From Trypanosoma brucei (lineage: Eukaryota): a stretch of 64,000 nucleotides of DNA. Shown one piece after another: positions 42,401-53,056 of this stretch; the stretch's first letter is position 1, and every line of letters starts with the position of its first letter. The translations under genes were made by a program, and so were the position numbers. The stretch lies in assembly GCA_000002445.1 (NCBI GenBank), contig CM000208.1, positions 2,400,001 to 2,464,000 on the forward strand, in the 5' to 3' direction. Below the pieces are notes generated by a model, which did not search any database, had not been told where the DNA came from, and saw only the letters and a program-made list of their open reading frames with translations.

Positions 42401-43587
42401 AGGGTCTTTGTTTAAACGGTATTAATAACGACGAACAGAGAAACTTGACTGCACAGTTTGTTTTCCAACCAGTGGTGATTGATCGTTTCGCAGGACAGTA
42501 GGTCCACTTTGCATCGAACGGTACGTGTGGATTAACTTCTCTACCTGATTTAATCTCTTGAGCACACCCTCGCTTCTCATTTTTCTCATCACATCCCTCC
42601 GTCAGGTTGGGTAAAGTACCCTCAACCCCAGGAAGCAAACAAACAGGAAGGAGAAGTTCTTAGTTCATTGTTCTTTTGTTTATATATTCTATTTTGGTGA
42701 GGAAAATGTTGGCGTTCCATTGGCGGTACACGCGTTAGGCACGCAGATATTACTGTAGGTGCGCTCGAGTGGATTGGACGCATTGACTATGGAAGCAGTT
42801 TTGCTTATTACTATTTTGTTAAAAGGGCATCATCTCAACAAATGTTTATATTATTTTGAAGGTGTTGACTGGATTTTCGGACTACATGTGGAGTGACGAC
42901 GCTGGGTAAATGATGAGCATTCTTACCACAGGTACGCGAGGAAGTTGTTTGTTTTGTTGTTGTTGATGTTGATGATGCTGTTTTCTTGGTCTCTTGTTGT
43001 CCTGTGATTTACTTTCATCTGTGGCGATAATGGATGCCTTCTTCACGTATTCTGCAGAGTAGGTCACCATTTCTGGTCTATCACGGAGAATATTTTGGTA
43101 GGAGTGAGCGAGTATATATTGTCGCAGATGTTGTGTTGAAGGGTGTCAAATAGTGTTAAGCACCTCCCACGCGCGCATTTCCCTCACTGTGTTCGAGAGG
43201 GGGGTGGGTGAAATTAAACAGTGTTATGAATCGTCACCGATCCCTGTGAATTAACTGTAATGCGATGATCGCATTTACTACCCGGACCCCGTGTGTATCT
43301 TCTTCTTTCGTTTTCTTTCCAATTTGCTTCCTCTGCGCAATGAAATTGGGAGCTCACGTGCGTGTCCGCAGCGGGCGTTTTTTTTTTTTAACGCAGCTCG
43401 CTCCACTAGTTAAAGGGTTTCACTTGTAATTGTGTAGGGAAGGTGAATAGGAGGGCGTACACTTGTTTCTTTGTGGAGGCCCGCTTTGTGGGGAACTCCA
43501 TATCGGAGAGGGAAAGCGCGCCGAATTTAATCCGATTGGAACGGAAATTTTTCCATTTACTAGCAGATTAGCAATCTTTCCTAACAA

Positions 43588-45255
43588 ATGGATCTTGACA
43601 ACGTGGTTCTTGATGATGATGTGTTGCTCGGAGATGGTGTAGCCGCTTCCGTGCCGCCTCCCCTGCTGGTGTCGGCGCCCGTGTTGGACCTTGCGATGCA
43701 TCCAACACTTCCGTTATTTGTTGCTGGTCTGGTGACAGGTGATGTAGAGATACACGAATATTGTGGGGCAGAGACTCGTCATCGTCCGACATCGCAGCAG
43801 TACTTTACAGACATGGACACCACACATGCGTTTAGCCCTTACAATATTCGTATGCACCCTCGTGGGGGTGTGACGTCTATGGAATTCACAGAAGACGGGA
43901 AATATCTTGTTTCGGTGAGCAGCGACCGCACAATTAGTGTGTTTGACTGTGTGACTGAAAAGATGGCGTTGCATATTGCTGCAAAAGAGTCTGACACGTC
44001 CGCAGGGGCACCGGCAAAGGCAAAGGTCAAGGAAACAAAAGAAAGAGAGACAAAAGCGAAGAATAAGGTGGGGCAAAATGACAATCTTGTTAAGTCTAAA
44101 AAGAAAAAGAATCCCCATAAATTTGGCATATCCGCGGTTAACGTGTGTGATGCAAACACAATAGCCACGGGTGATGATGACGGCATGATTGTGCTGTGGG
44201 ATATGAGGAAGCGGAAGGCTGCTCATCATTACCACGAACATGGCGACTACGTTTCACAAATGGTCTACTTTTCAGACATTGAGGAACTTGTATCGAGTAG
44301 CGGTGATACCTGTCTAGGGGTGTTCGATATGCGTGCTGGAAAAATTCGTGATTACAGTGAGAAACGTAAGGATGAGTTGAATTGTTTTGCGTTTGTAAAT
44401 AACACAGCAAGCAATAGAAATACCTTCATCCCGAGCATCATATGTGGTACACCGAAGGGCTGCCTGCCTGTGTGGAAGTTTGGCTCGTGGCGCCGTCCGT
44501 ACGATATGATGGATCGGCACCCCGCAGAATGTGAAAGCATCATTTCGTTTAACAACCCTGATAGCCCCTTTAACCACAATATTATTCTCACTGGCGCGTG
44601 TGACGGCCTTGTACGTGTCCTTGAAATGTACCCTGTTCGCCGTAATCTCTGTCAACTGAGTGCGAGGGATTTCACTTATTCGCATCAGAGTGCACTTGGC
44701 TGTGGTGGTAGCAGCAATAGTTACGCGAACACGGCGGTCCGACGACAGAGGGGCAACCAAGGGATTAGCCGAATGCGTTTAAGCTTTGATTCATCCCTAC
44801 TAGCCGTCTGTGGGACCGACAACATCATCGACTTTGTTGATGTTGCATTTCTTTCAAATGAGAAAGAGCTGAATAAACTTCGGTCACAAACGGAGCAGCG
44901 GCATTTGGAGGTCCTGAAGGAAGTAGAAGAGGAACGGAATAAGGAGGCGGAAGAAGATAGTGACAGTGGTAGTGATGGCAGCAGCAGCGCGGAGGGTGTC
45001 GTCTCGGTGGAAGACACCGTTGGCAAAAAGAGAGGGAGGGATGCAGAAAAAACAGAACTGGAGAGTAACGTTGGTCGTGGGGACGGTGTTGACGAAGAGG
45101 AAGCAGATGTCGAGGTTAAGACGGAAAGGCAGAAGAGACGTGAAAGAGTTGCTGCTGCTAAGTGGTTGAAAGTGGAAAAGAAGAAGAAAGTTAATTTCAC
45201 GTTTGAGAAGCGAAGACGACGTGTTCACGGTTTCTTTGGCGATCTTAATTCCTGA
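43588..45255 (+). CDS. WDR55: WD repeat protein 55 homolog (WDR55/Jip5, ribosome biogenesis) with acidic/basic C-terminal extension
   Basis: HPTLPLFVAGLVTGDVEIHEY parallels human WDR55 FHPARDLLAAGDVDGDVFVFSY. TGDDDGMIVLWDMRKRK...HEHGDYVSQMVY....LVSSSGDTCLGVFDMRAGK parallels TGDDTGGIRLWDQRKEG...HEEYIADMAL....LLTASGDGCLGVFNIKRRR. Confidence 0.75.
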   Translation: MDLDNVVLDDDVLLGDGVAASVPPPLLVSAPVLDLAMHPTLPLFVAGLVTGDVEIHEYCGAETRHRPTSQQYFTDMDTTHAFSPYNIRMHPRGGVTSMEFTEDGKYLVSVSSDRTISVFDCVTEKMALHIAAKESDTSAGAPAKAKVKETKERETKAKNKVGQNDNLVKSKKKKNPHKFGISAVNVCDANTIATGDDDGMIVLWDMRKRKAAHHYHEHGDYVSQMVYFSDIEELVSSSGDTCLGVFDMRAGKIRDYSEKRKDELNCFAFVNNTASNRNTFIPSIICGTPKGCLPVWKFGSWRRPYDMMDRHPAECESIISFNNPDSPFNHNIILTGACDGLVRVLEMYPVRRNLCQLSARDFTYSHQSALGCGGSSNSYANTAVRRQRGNQGISRMRLSFDSSLLAVCGTDNIIDFVDVAFLSNEKELNKLRSQTEQRHLEVLKEVEEERNKEAEEDSDSGSDGSSSAEGVVSVEDTVGKKRGRDAEKTELESNVGRGDGVDEEEADVEVKTERQKRRERVAAAKWLKVEKKKKVNFTFEKRRRRVHGFFGDLNS

Positions 45256-45625
45256 GGTGAGCCATTCGACTCAACCTGTTGCGCATCTGAAACCCGACGA
45301 CTCAATGACGCCTTCACCCATCCACTGTAGCTTCATGGTGAGCTTATTCGGTTAAACTTAATGTCCAACTAATTGCAAATAATAAACAGCATAAACCATG
45401 AAAATAACGAAGGGACATGTGGTCGGTTCCGTCGTTCTTGTGCCGTCCTTTCAGTAGTTGTATGGGAGGGCTGTAACCAATTTTTGAAATGTATTATGTG
45501 CACCTTGGCAACCCCCTGTCTGGTGTGTTCGTTAACTCTGGTCTTCGCTTCACCGTGATTTCTTTACTTCCTTATTAATATTATTATTTTGCTTTCAATT
45601 TGTTCGGCAGTCGTTAGCTGTGACA

Positions 45626-46066
45626 ATGCCACCTAAGAAGGACGAGGCAGCGCCAGTGAAAAAGAAAAAGGAACCACCAAAGGAGCTTTGTGGCTGCGGC
45701 GTCGACACTTATCGCCCACCACCAAAGGGGAAGAAAAAGAAGAACCAGCTTCCCATCGAGCACGCACCCGGTTGCCCTTACCAACGAACTGTATGCACCG
45801 CCTATCCCTATCTGCCCCTCTGTTCCGTTTGCCTCAATCCCTGTAAGTATTGCTTGGGAACTAATAGGTGGTGCCCTCACTGCTATGAGAAGCGCTGCAT
45901 CAATGTGTATAAGCGGGTTGTTCATGGCCACGAACGGCTGGATCCGCAACGAAGCGCTTCTACTTTGGGCATGGTCCCTGACCCCAGCGTCGGTATGCTG
46001 GACTCACGAAGCCGACCTCCGAAGTCTTCATCTCCGCGTGAACTGAGGGCAGACAGATCTTCGTGA
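45626..46066 (+). CDS. Small cysteine-rich basic protein (putative Zn-binding), hypothetical
   Basis: 146 aa from ATG 45626 (the track start is a GTG two codons upstream). K-rich N-terminus (MPPKKDEAAPVKKKKEPPKE), then about 12 Cys in CxC, CPxxC and CxxC spacing (CGCG..CPYQ..C....C..C..C..C..C....CPHC....C), then a basic S/P-rich tail. Confidence 0.5.
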   Translation: MPPKKDEAAPVKKKKEPPKELCGCGVDTYRPPPKGKKKKNQLPIEHAPGCPYQRTVCTAYPYLPLCSVCLNPCKYCLGTNRWCPHCYEKRCINVYKRVVHGHERLDPQRSASTLGMVPDPSVGMLDSRSRPPKSSSPRELRADRSS

Positions 46067-46858
46067 GGGAACGATGTCGGTGGATGGGTGCATCAGGGCA
46101 CTTACGTGGAATATCACGAGAGGGAGACGAATGACGATACGGTTGCGGAGAATGGCACATGGAAGCGGTGGGTTTTCCATCCAACATGACTCTTGTTTGC
46201 ATCAAAAAAGAGAGTCCGCACATGTATATGTCTGTTTCACAAATAGAAATGTTGGTGAGGCTCAACAGCTAGGGTGCCTTAGATTACTGAAAAAGTGGTG
46301 GTGTGTGCGGTTTCTTTTCGATCACCGAGTGTGATTGACGCGAAAAAACGCACGGAGATGCTCCTGTGCCTCTGTGCATGTATCTTGTTATTTAGCGGTC
46401 GCTTAACTGTTTGGGTGACGACAACGTACAATGACAATGAAACCAGCTTGAGAATGAAGGTGGGGATGAGGTGGAAGAATAACTTAGCAGAAAATTTAAA
46501 GTTTCCTGACAGACTGGCATTCTTTTTATTTGAGACCCATATGCCGTAGACTCACGGTTATACTGTACACTCATCCCCCTTTATGTCAACCTTTGGTAAA
46601 GCATGACACTCTGATGGCAGGTGTGGCTGACAAGCCAAGGCATGCGTTTTCTCCCACTCTTGTGCTTCATTAGGCAGGGACCAGGAGAGGGCAATTAGGC
46701 ATAATTGATATTTCCCCTTGAAGTGACTCGATTAACTGGGGTTCAGAGATAACCCAGCCACCAGCGAGTCGTCTGGCCCGTGTGCTTGACGCGATAAGAA
46801 GGGTAGGGCACATATCAATCACAGATTTAGGAGGTTTGACACTGTTGGAGACAAAGTG

Positions 46859-49800
46859 ATGTCCGTTGCGCTCGACGAGAACACCGTTTCGATCCCCCTG
46901 TGGCCAGTGAACGGAGTGCCGACGAGGTCGACGGGTCAAATCCTGCAGGCCACGCTGACTGGTAAGGAGACGCCACGGTTCACACTAACGTTCTTTGATC
47001 CCCAGAACCCAACGACGTTGTACGCATGTACCAGCAGCTCGCTAGTTTATGCGTTTTTCCTAAACAAAAATGTGGTCAGATTGTTCATAGCCCTTGAATG
47101 TGCCATAACGGCCATGACATGCTTTAGTTGCTCAGGAAGTTCTTTATTTGTTTGCGCCACTGGTGACAATTCTCTCGTTTGGGTCGATTGCGCCAGCGGC
47201 CGGATAGTGAAAAGAATGAAGACACCGCACCAACACGCGGTCAACATGATCAGATTATCGCATGTAATTGGAGACCACCGGTCTATCGTCACCGCATCAC
47301 GGGAATCACTGGCTGTTTGGGATGTAGCGCGGATGGCGTGCCGCATGTGCAGTAATGGGAAATCGACCAAGGAAAAGCGTGAATTTTTGAGTATCCATAC
47401 GGGCCGACAATCACTGTTAACAGTTGAACGGTTCGGTCGCGTAACAATGTGGGAGCCATCCACATTATCGCCAAGTAAGTCCATAATGCTGGCTATGCAG
47501 CCACGCGCGTCTGCTTTCTGCCAAAAGTGTTTAGCTATTGGTGGACCGGGCCCCCTGGTCGGCCTGCTGGAGGTGGAGGGTTTGACTCCCATCGGGTGCG
47601 TTCAACTTTCAACAGCACCAGTGGCAACACGGTCTCTTTTTATTATTAACGACACTCTTCTTGCGTGTGAGCTAACCAGCGGAACGGTAGTCTTCGTTGT
47701 TATCGGTAATTACACAGTGTCATTTTCCCTTGATGCACCGCATACGGGAGCAGTTCCAAGAAAAATGACGAGTTTTTCTCTGTCTGGGCCATCGTTTGCC
47801 GCTTTTGCGCAAGGAGAGAAGTTGACAATCTTCCATTTGCCTACCGCACGGCAACACTACGTCCACCGAGAGCGATTAGGAGGTGGTTATTCTGACTCAA
47901 CGTTGCCGGCTCGGTTGCATTCGTTCGTGCAGGGGAAGAGCAACGCATACAGAGAGGGTGCATCACGAACAAGCAAAAAGTGCGCAAGAGACGAGAACCC
48001 TGGCAGTGACGTGGAACTTCCACGACCTAATCTTAGACCTGCCGATAAGGACGTGAATAAGTGGGTTAAAGTGAAGGCGCTTCCTGCTGGGGTGCAAGAT
48101 GAGGTCAAGTCCACAAAAGGCAGCGCGGGAGGTCGTGTTGAGCCCCTTGAGCGTACAGGAAAGGATCGGAAGGTGGAGAAAGGCATCGGTCCCAGACCAA
48201 AAGGTGGAGTAGAACTGTCACTAAGACCCTCCTTAGACGAGGAGTCTCGCAAAGCAAATATGAACCACCTCCAGCAGCTGTTGCTGCGCTACGGACTTTT
48301 TCCCGATACGTATCGTGCGGTCACATGGCGGTTCTTGCTGCAGCTACCCGACAAGCGCTTTACAGCGTCGCAGTACGCGCAGTTGGCAAGTAAGGGAACA
48401 CACCCTTCCGCGCATATCCTCATGAAACCGTTTCGTCTTGCCAATGATGGTGTTCAGACTTCAATGGAAAAGGCGTTGTCTGTTTTGGTGTGGCACGTGC
48501 CCATGTTTGCGGCCATCCACTTCCTACCCATGGTTGTATATCCTTTCTTGCACCCTTTCGAAGGTGACGTGCAGTCAGTGGTAGAGGTCGTCCTAGTCTT
48601 CTTATCGAACTGGGGGAAGGAGTTTTTTCAGTTTTACCCGCAACAGCCCGTTGCCCTTACTACGCTTTTAGACCGTCTCCTCCGCGCGGAGGACGCAGAA
48701 CTACACAGACATCTTTCAATGTCCGGTGTTTTGGTAGAAGAATGGGGATGGGAGCCGCTGCGGTCAATATATAGTGATACCGTGAAACCTGCCGAATGGT
48801 TGCAAGTACTGGACCACACCTTTTTCAACGAACCCTTATGGTTCTTTCTTTTCCATATTCGCTGGATGATAAGCATTCGCAGTGACATCATGAAATTTCG
48901 AGATCAGAGGGAAATTATGAACTCTATTTTGACTACACATGACGTCGATGTAAACCGCATTATCGGTGAGACGTACCGCCTGCAGGCACGCTGTCCTAGG
49001 GGGGAACTGACCAATCCCTACAGCAAACTCGAAACCCTTGCGAACTATGCGTACCCTACGTTGTGGAAGTACAATGAAGAGAATGTCGAAAGGAAACTCA
49101 ACGACATGAAATTATTGCAGGAGCAAATAGAGCGGAGTAAGGCCTCCAGTCAGGAGATTGCGAAAATTTGTGACCAACTTGCCCAGGCTGATGTTTTGGA
49201 GGAGGTATACGTCAGGAAACAGCAGGCAGAGGCGGCGGCGCGCGTCAGCGCCAAGGCGGATAGTTGGAAGGGCGAGGTTGCACGTGAAATGGAAAGGCAA
49301 TACACCCGCGACATGGAAAAAATGCTTCGTTTGCGACAGATGCGTCAGCAGATCGAGCAGTCCGGCCGTTTAGAGGTACTTAACGAAGAACTGGAGTGTG
49401 CCAACATTCAGGTCGACCACTTACATGAAATACGCCAAAGGGAAGCAACACACTGGACGCTGGCAGACCAGCTGTCAGAACAGGAGTTACTGCACCTCGA
49501 GGAAGCAGCCCGCAATCGGCTGAAGGGGGCAAAAAAGGCCGTTGAAAGCGGCACCGTGGGGGCCGAACGGTCACCAGTGACTGATGGTGGTGAGTTCGGG
49601 GCAGTGAAATCAAGGATGACAACAGCAACACCAGATGTAGTAAGTGTTGTCAGGCCCCTGTCCGCATCTCCCGGAGAACAGCAGTTAACTTACGACCTCG
49701 GCAACCCCATGAATGTTTATCGGGCGCTACAGAACTCCGCGGCACGGGAAATGGTTGGTCGCCGGATACCTTCAGAGACTGGCGGTAAACGAGTGCAGCG

Positions 49801-50119
49801 TTCTTACGATGATACGCATGTAGCTGAGGTTGTTTCTACCGTCGGTGCTACTTTTCAACGGCAACATGGAGACCATCTCATAGCCGCTTTTGGCAAAGCC
49901 AGTGATAGTCGCAGTGAGAGGGGTGCGGCTCTTTACGATAACCTCCTTCCTCCGGGCGCATCACCGAGCGAAACCCAAACGTTGTGTTCATCAGACCTGA
50001 ATCGCCACACAACCGAACACCGGCAGACGAGTGAGAGTTATGAACCGTCGTCCGCTGCCACTGTTTTGCTCCGCCCTCAGGACCCTGGTGCGTACCGGCT
50101 ACAACGCTGTTCGCGGTAG
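46859..50119 (+). CDS. TBC-domain RabGAP-like protein, TBC1D31/WDR67-like architecture (N-terminal beta-rich region, central TBC, C-terminal coiled coil)
   Basis: TBC motif A RxxxW (YRAVTWRFLLQLP) with a following helical TBC fold. A long C-terminal coiled coil (KLNDMKLLQEQIERSK...RLRQMRQQIEQSGRLEVLNEELE). The track start is GTG 46856; the ATG is at 46859. Confidence 0.7.
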   Translation: MSVALDENTVSIPLWPVNGVPTRSTGQILQATLTGKETPRFTLTFFDPQNPTTLYACTSSSLVYAFFLNKNVVRLFIALECAITAMTCFSCSGSSLFVCATGDNSLVWVDCASGRIVKRMKTPHQHAVNMIRLSHVIGDHRSIVTASRESLAVWDVARMACRMCSNGKSTKEKREFLSIHTGRQSLLTVERFGRVTMWEPSTLSPSKSIMLAMQPRASAFCQKCLAIGGPGPLVGLLEVEGLTPIGCVQLSTAPVATRSLFIINDTLLACELTSGTVVFVVIGNYTVSFSLDAPHTGAVPRKMTSFSLSGPSFAAFAQGEKLTIFHLPTARQHYVHRERLGGGYSDSTLPARLHSFVQGKSNAYREGASRTSKKCARDENPGSDVELPRPNLRPADKDVNKWVKVKALPAGVQDEVKSTKGSAGGRVEPLERTGKDRKVEKGIGPRPKGGVELSLRPSLDEESRKANMNHLQQLLLRYGLFPDTYRAVTWRFLLQLPDKRFTASQYAQLASKGTHPSAHILMKPFRLANDGVQTSMEKALSVLVWHVPMFAAIHFLPMVVYPFLHPFEGDVQSVVEVVLVFLSNWGKEFFQFYPQQPVALTTLLDRLLRAEDAELHRHLSMSGVLVEEWGWEPLRSIYSDTVKPAEWLQVLDHTFFNEPLWFFLFHIRWMISIRSDIMKFRDQREIMNSILTTHDVDVNRIIGETYRLQARCPRGELTNPYSKLETLANYAYPTLWKYNEENVERKLNDMKLLQEQIERSKASSQEIAKICDQLAQADVLEEVYVRKQQAEAAARVSAKADSWKGEVAREMERQYTRDMEKMLRLRQMRQQIEQSGRLEVLNEELECANIQVDHLHEIRQREATHWTLADQLSEQELLHLEEAARNRLKGAKKAVESGTVGAERSPVTDGGEFGAVKSRMTTATPDVVSVVRPLSASPGEQQLTYDLGNPMNVYRALQNSAAREMVGRRIPSETGGKRVQRSYDDTHVAEVVSTVGATFQRQHGDHLIAAFGKASDSRSERGAALYDNLLPPGASPSETQTLCSSDLNRHTTEHRQTSESYEPSSAATVLLRPQDPGAYRLQRCSR

Positions 50120-50587
50120 TTTGTGGGCCTCCCCATCGTCGTCGCCTTTCTCACTCGGGGAGTGGTATTCACCTTCTATTTTTCTAATCTGATATACTCC
50201 TCCTATAAACTCACATAGACTGGTGGTAACGGTGAAGTTGTTGTGGTCTGCAACAATAACGAAATCAATTTGGGTAGTGAAGAGCCCCTTGCGGAAACCC
50301 GAAGGAAGGTGGCGGCAAGGGGAGGAAAGGGAAGGAAACAACAGAGTATATTGCAAACGTTTCCCGGTCTCTCGGTGTTGTTTCCTTTTTATTTTGTGTG
50401 CATATGCCAACGTGCCTTGCTCCGGACTCATATGCTTTCTTCTCACCACTCTTGAAGGTATTTAACTCTATGTATCGTCGGATTGGTACGTAGGAACGTG
50501 GGGCCCGTAAGACGAGAAGAAAAGTCTAGCTGACATAAAGAAATAATTTTTTTTCAGTGACTACTTGTTCGCTAACAATAGAAAAAT

Positions 50588-53056
50588 ATGAATAGCAGTG
50601 GTCTTGTTTTGGAACTCCTCTGCAATCTACGATGGGTTTTGTCGTACATAGTACAACGCCTAGACCCAATAGTGGAGAAGCACTACGGGCGTACAATCGA
50701 ACAAGCGAAACGGATGGAATCTGCAGTGTCTCGATCATTTGCCAATGCACAATCCCTCTCCGATCTTCCACCGGAGGTTCTCACTCTGGCACAGGAGGGT
50801 GTGGTTTACCTTCTCGTTGCAGAAGGCGTGCTTGGCTACTGCCCACCCACAATGCATTCGTTTTTGCTTCGCGGAGCATCGTCCTGTGTTTCAGAAGCAT
50901 TTAGTGGCTGCTTTAGCGGCAACAGCAGCGCTAGTTCCGCTTGTTCAAAGATACACTCAACGGCGAGTAACTACCAGGCTCAGTTTTTAGTTGTACGGTG
51001 GCTGACGGAGGAAGGAATCCTGACAGATGAGGAGTTGCTCGATGCGATGGATGAGGGAGGCGAAGTCCCACTGAATAAGCAAGAAAGTCGCTTTGGTTTA
51101 CATATGGCAATGGCGGAACGCCTTTCAGTCGAATGTTCCTTTTCAGTTCAGGCACATGTCGTTCTCACTCGATCGCTTCTCCTGTACTACTGCTCAACAC
51201 TGATTACTGTGGAGGACGTTGAATTACATCTCAACTTCCTGGACCCAACGTGCGAAAAGGAATTAACCAACATGGAGAGTGCCCTTTTACTCTGGCTACT
51301 CTGCCTACTGAAGAACATGCAGCGGGGAGGGACGATAAATGATCAAGTGTTTCGGGAACTTAAAGGGTCCGCTGATTCCTTGTACAAGACCGTTCAGAGC
51401 GGCACAGTATTAGCTCTTGTGATGAGTTTCTACAAGCCACATTTGCTTCCACCGAGTAGTATTGACGCACGTGCAAGCAACCCATCGGAAATGCTGCGGC
51501 AGCAACAACATTTCGAGCACTGGGGAAAGACGCTTCGTGTAGCAGAGGAGCTGGGGCTTTCTCCATGTCTGTATGCAGATGAGGCTGGACAATATGGTTC
51601 AGTTGTCCTTCAGCTTCATGTTCTTAGATTTATAGGGGAGTTGTTCGCAATGCTGGCCACACAAGCGGAGGATGTAGAAGGTTTTTGTGCTTATGCTGTC
51701 CGGTCGCAGAAACTTCACGCCTCAGCTGACTGTCAGCGTTGGTGTAGTATGATGGGTAGCGATCGGAGTGGAGGTCATGCGGATGGGTCGATGAATGTGA
51801 ATGGCATGGAATCGTCGTGTGAAACCTTTCGAGACGCGGAGTTGTCACAACGCAAAGGTGATAATGAAGACAGTGCCGTTGACCACACGAGGTCTATTAA
51901 CAGCTCTGTCGTTTATAGTTGTTTCCCCTCCGCCCACAACCGCCGTCAATACGATGTGATGAAAGCGAGTCTTTTACGTAGTGGGGAGAACGACATGGCG
52001 GCGCCCAAATACTGTTCCAGTTCTGGGAAGCACTGTGAAGCGCGAAACGTAAGTAGCGTTGAAGGGCACGTGGATTTAGGGGTTGAAGAATCCTTTGCAT
52101 CGGAAGGTCTTGTTCCGTCGGCAAGTGGGGCCCACCGGTCACCCACTGCTGCTCCTTCGTATGCGGGACTAGTTGATTCTTGCCGCACAAGAACAAGGAC
52201 GTCTGTTGCTAAAGTATGGTGGAGCAGCGATGAGGGAGACGTGGAGGTGTTTTCGCACTCAACCTCAGGAACGGGGAACGATGTTTTTCTCAACTCCACA
52301 ATTGTACAAGCTCCCTCCCTACCGAGCAGTGGTTGCGCTAACTCAAGCGTCTGCATGCAGCAAAGAGGATGGAAGCCACGTGACAGCTCGCTCCACCCCC
52401 CAGCGCCGTTCAACATTGAAGAAAGTGACGGGAGTGGAGCATCCCCACGCTTTGGTCACTCAGACATGCTATCACCTCTAAGCAGTACCGCATGCGAGGC
52501 GGAAGTTGTCGTGGGAATCGATGGATCGCGTATCACATCAGAAAATAGTTTCCGCATCAACACTGTAGAAAGAGGGTACACCCCTCAGGCAAGTAGTTCT
52601 GGGCTTTCCCCCCTCACACCTGTTGAAACGACTGACCGTGGTACAATTCCAGTGGACATGGCAATTCAGAAAAATAATGACGCCAAAAATGGCACGTTCC
52701 CGCGCGCACCACATAGTGGGGCGCGGGAACAAATGCAAAACTGTCCGCCGAACGATGAATCGGATGATGATGCCTTGCTACGGGAAGTTTACTCACTGTA
52801 CCCTGCTCTGCCTACTATTGACAGCCGTCAGAAGCTTCTTGAAACATTGGAACACCAGCATGTTTTGATCAAACGCCTTACCCAAAAGCTGTTGGAAGCA
52901 AAGAAGGCAAGCCCTTCACCGGCCGGACTTGCTCCACCAGAAGTCGCCGATCCAAACCGGACGCTTCCATCTATCATGAACAAAGCAAAGGAACGGTTCC
53001 ACCACGAAAGCGCAGCTGGTCGAATGGGTAACGAGAAAATGAATTCCGAAAAATAG
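50588..53056 (+). CDS. Hypothetical protein (822 aa) with structured N-terminal ~400 aa and S/T-rich disordered remainder, C-terminal short coiled coil
   Basis: Protein-like N-terminal region. The C-terminal coiled coil is SRQKLLETLEHQHVLIKRLTQKLLEAKK. No family recognised by eye. Confidence 0.55.
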   Translation: MNSSGLVLELLCNLRWVLSYIVQRLDPIVEKHYGRTIEQAKRMESAVSRSFANAQSLSDLPPEVLTLAQEGVVYLLVAEGVLGYCPPTMHSFLLRGASSCVSEAFSGCFSGNSSASSACSKIHSTASNYQAQFLVVRWLTEEGILTDEELLDAMDEGGEVPLNKQESRFGLHMAMAERLSVECSFSVQAHVVLTRSLLLYYCSTLITVEDVELHLNFLDPTCEKELTNMESALLLWLLCLLKNMQRGGTINDQVFRELKGSADSLYKTVQSGTVLALVMSFYKPHLLPPSSIDARASNPSEMLRQQQHFEHWGKTLRVAEELGLSPCLYADEAGQYGSVVLQLHVLRFIGELFAMLATQAEDVEGFCAYAVRSQKLHASADCQRWCSMMGSDRSGGHADGSMNVNGMESSCETFRDAELSQRKGDNEDSAVDHTRSINSSVVYSCFPSAHNRRQYDVMKASLLRSGENDMAAPKYCSSSGKHCEARNVSSVEGHVDLGVEESFASEGLVPSASGAHRSPTAAPSYAGLVDSCRTRTRTSVAKVWWSSDEGDVEVFSHSTSGTGNDVFLNSTIVQAPSLPSSGCANSSVCMQQRGWKPRDSSLHPPAPFNIEESDGSGASPRFGHSDMLSPLSSTACEAEVVVGIDGSRITSENSFRINTVERGYTPQASSSGLSPLTPVETTDRGTIPVDMAIQKNNDAKNGTFPRAPHSGAREQMQNCPPNDESDDDALLREVYSLYPALPTIDSRQKLLETLEHQHVLIKRLTQKLLEAKKASPSPAGLAPPEVADPNRTLPSIMNKAKERFHHESAAGRMGNEKMNSEK

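Noticed and set aside
42905-43300. TGATGA motifs (42911, 43265; also 11501) that could be C boxes of C/D snoRNAs
   Set aside because: No CTGA D or D' box at appropriate spacing and no terminal stem pairing could be found by eye. Insufficient evidence for snoRNA genes.
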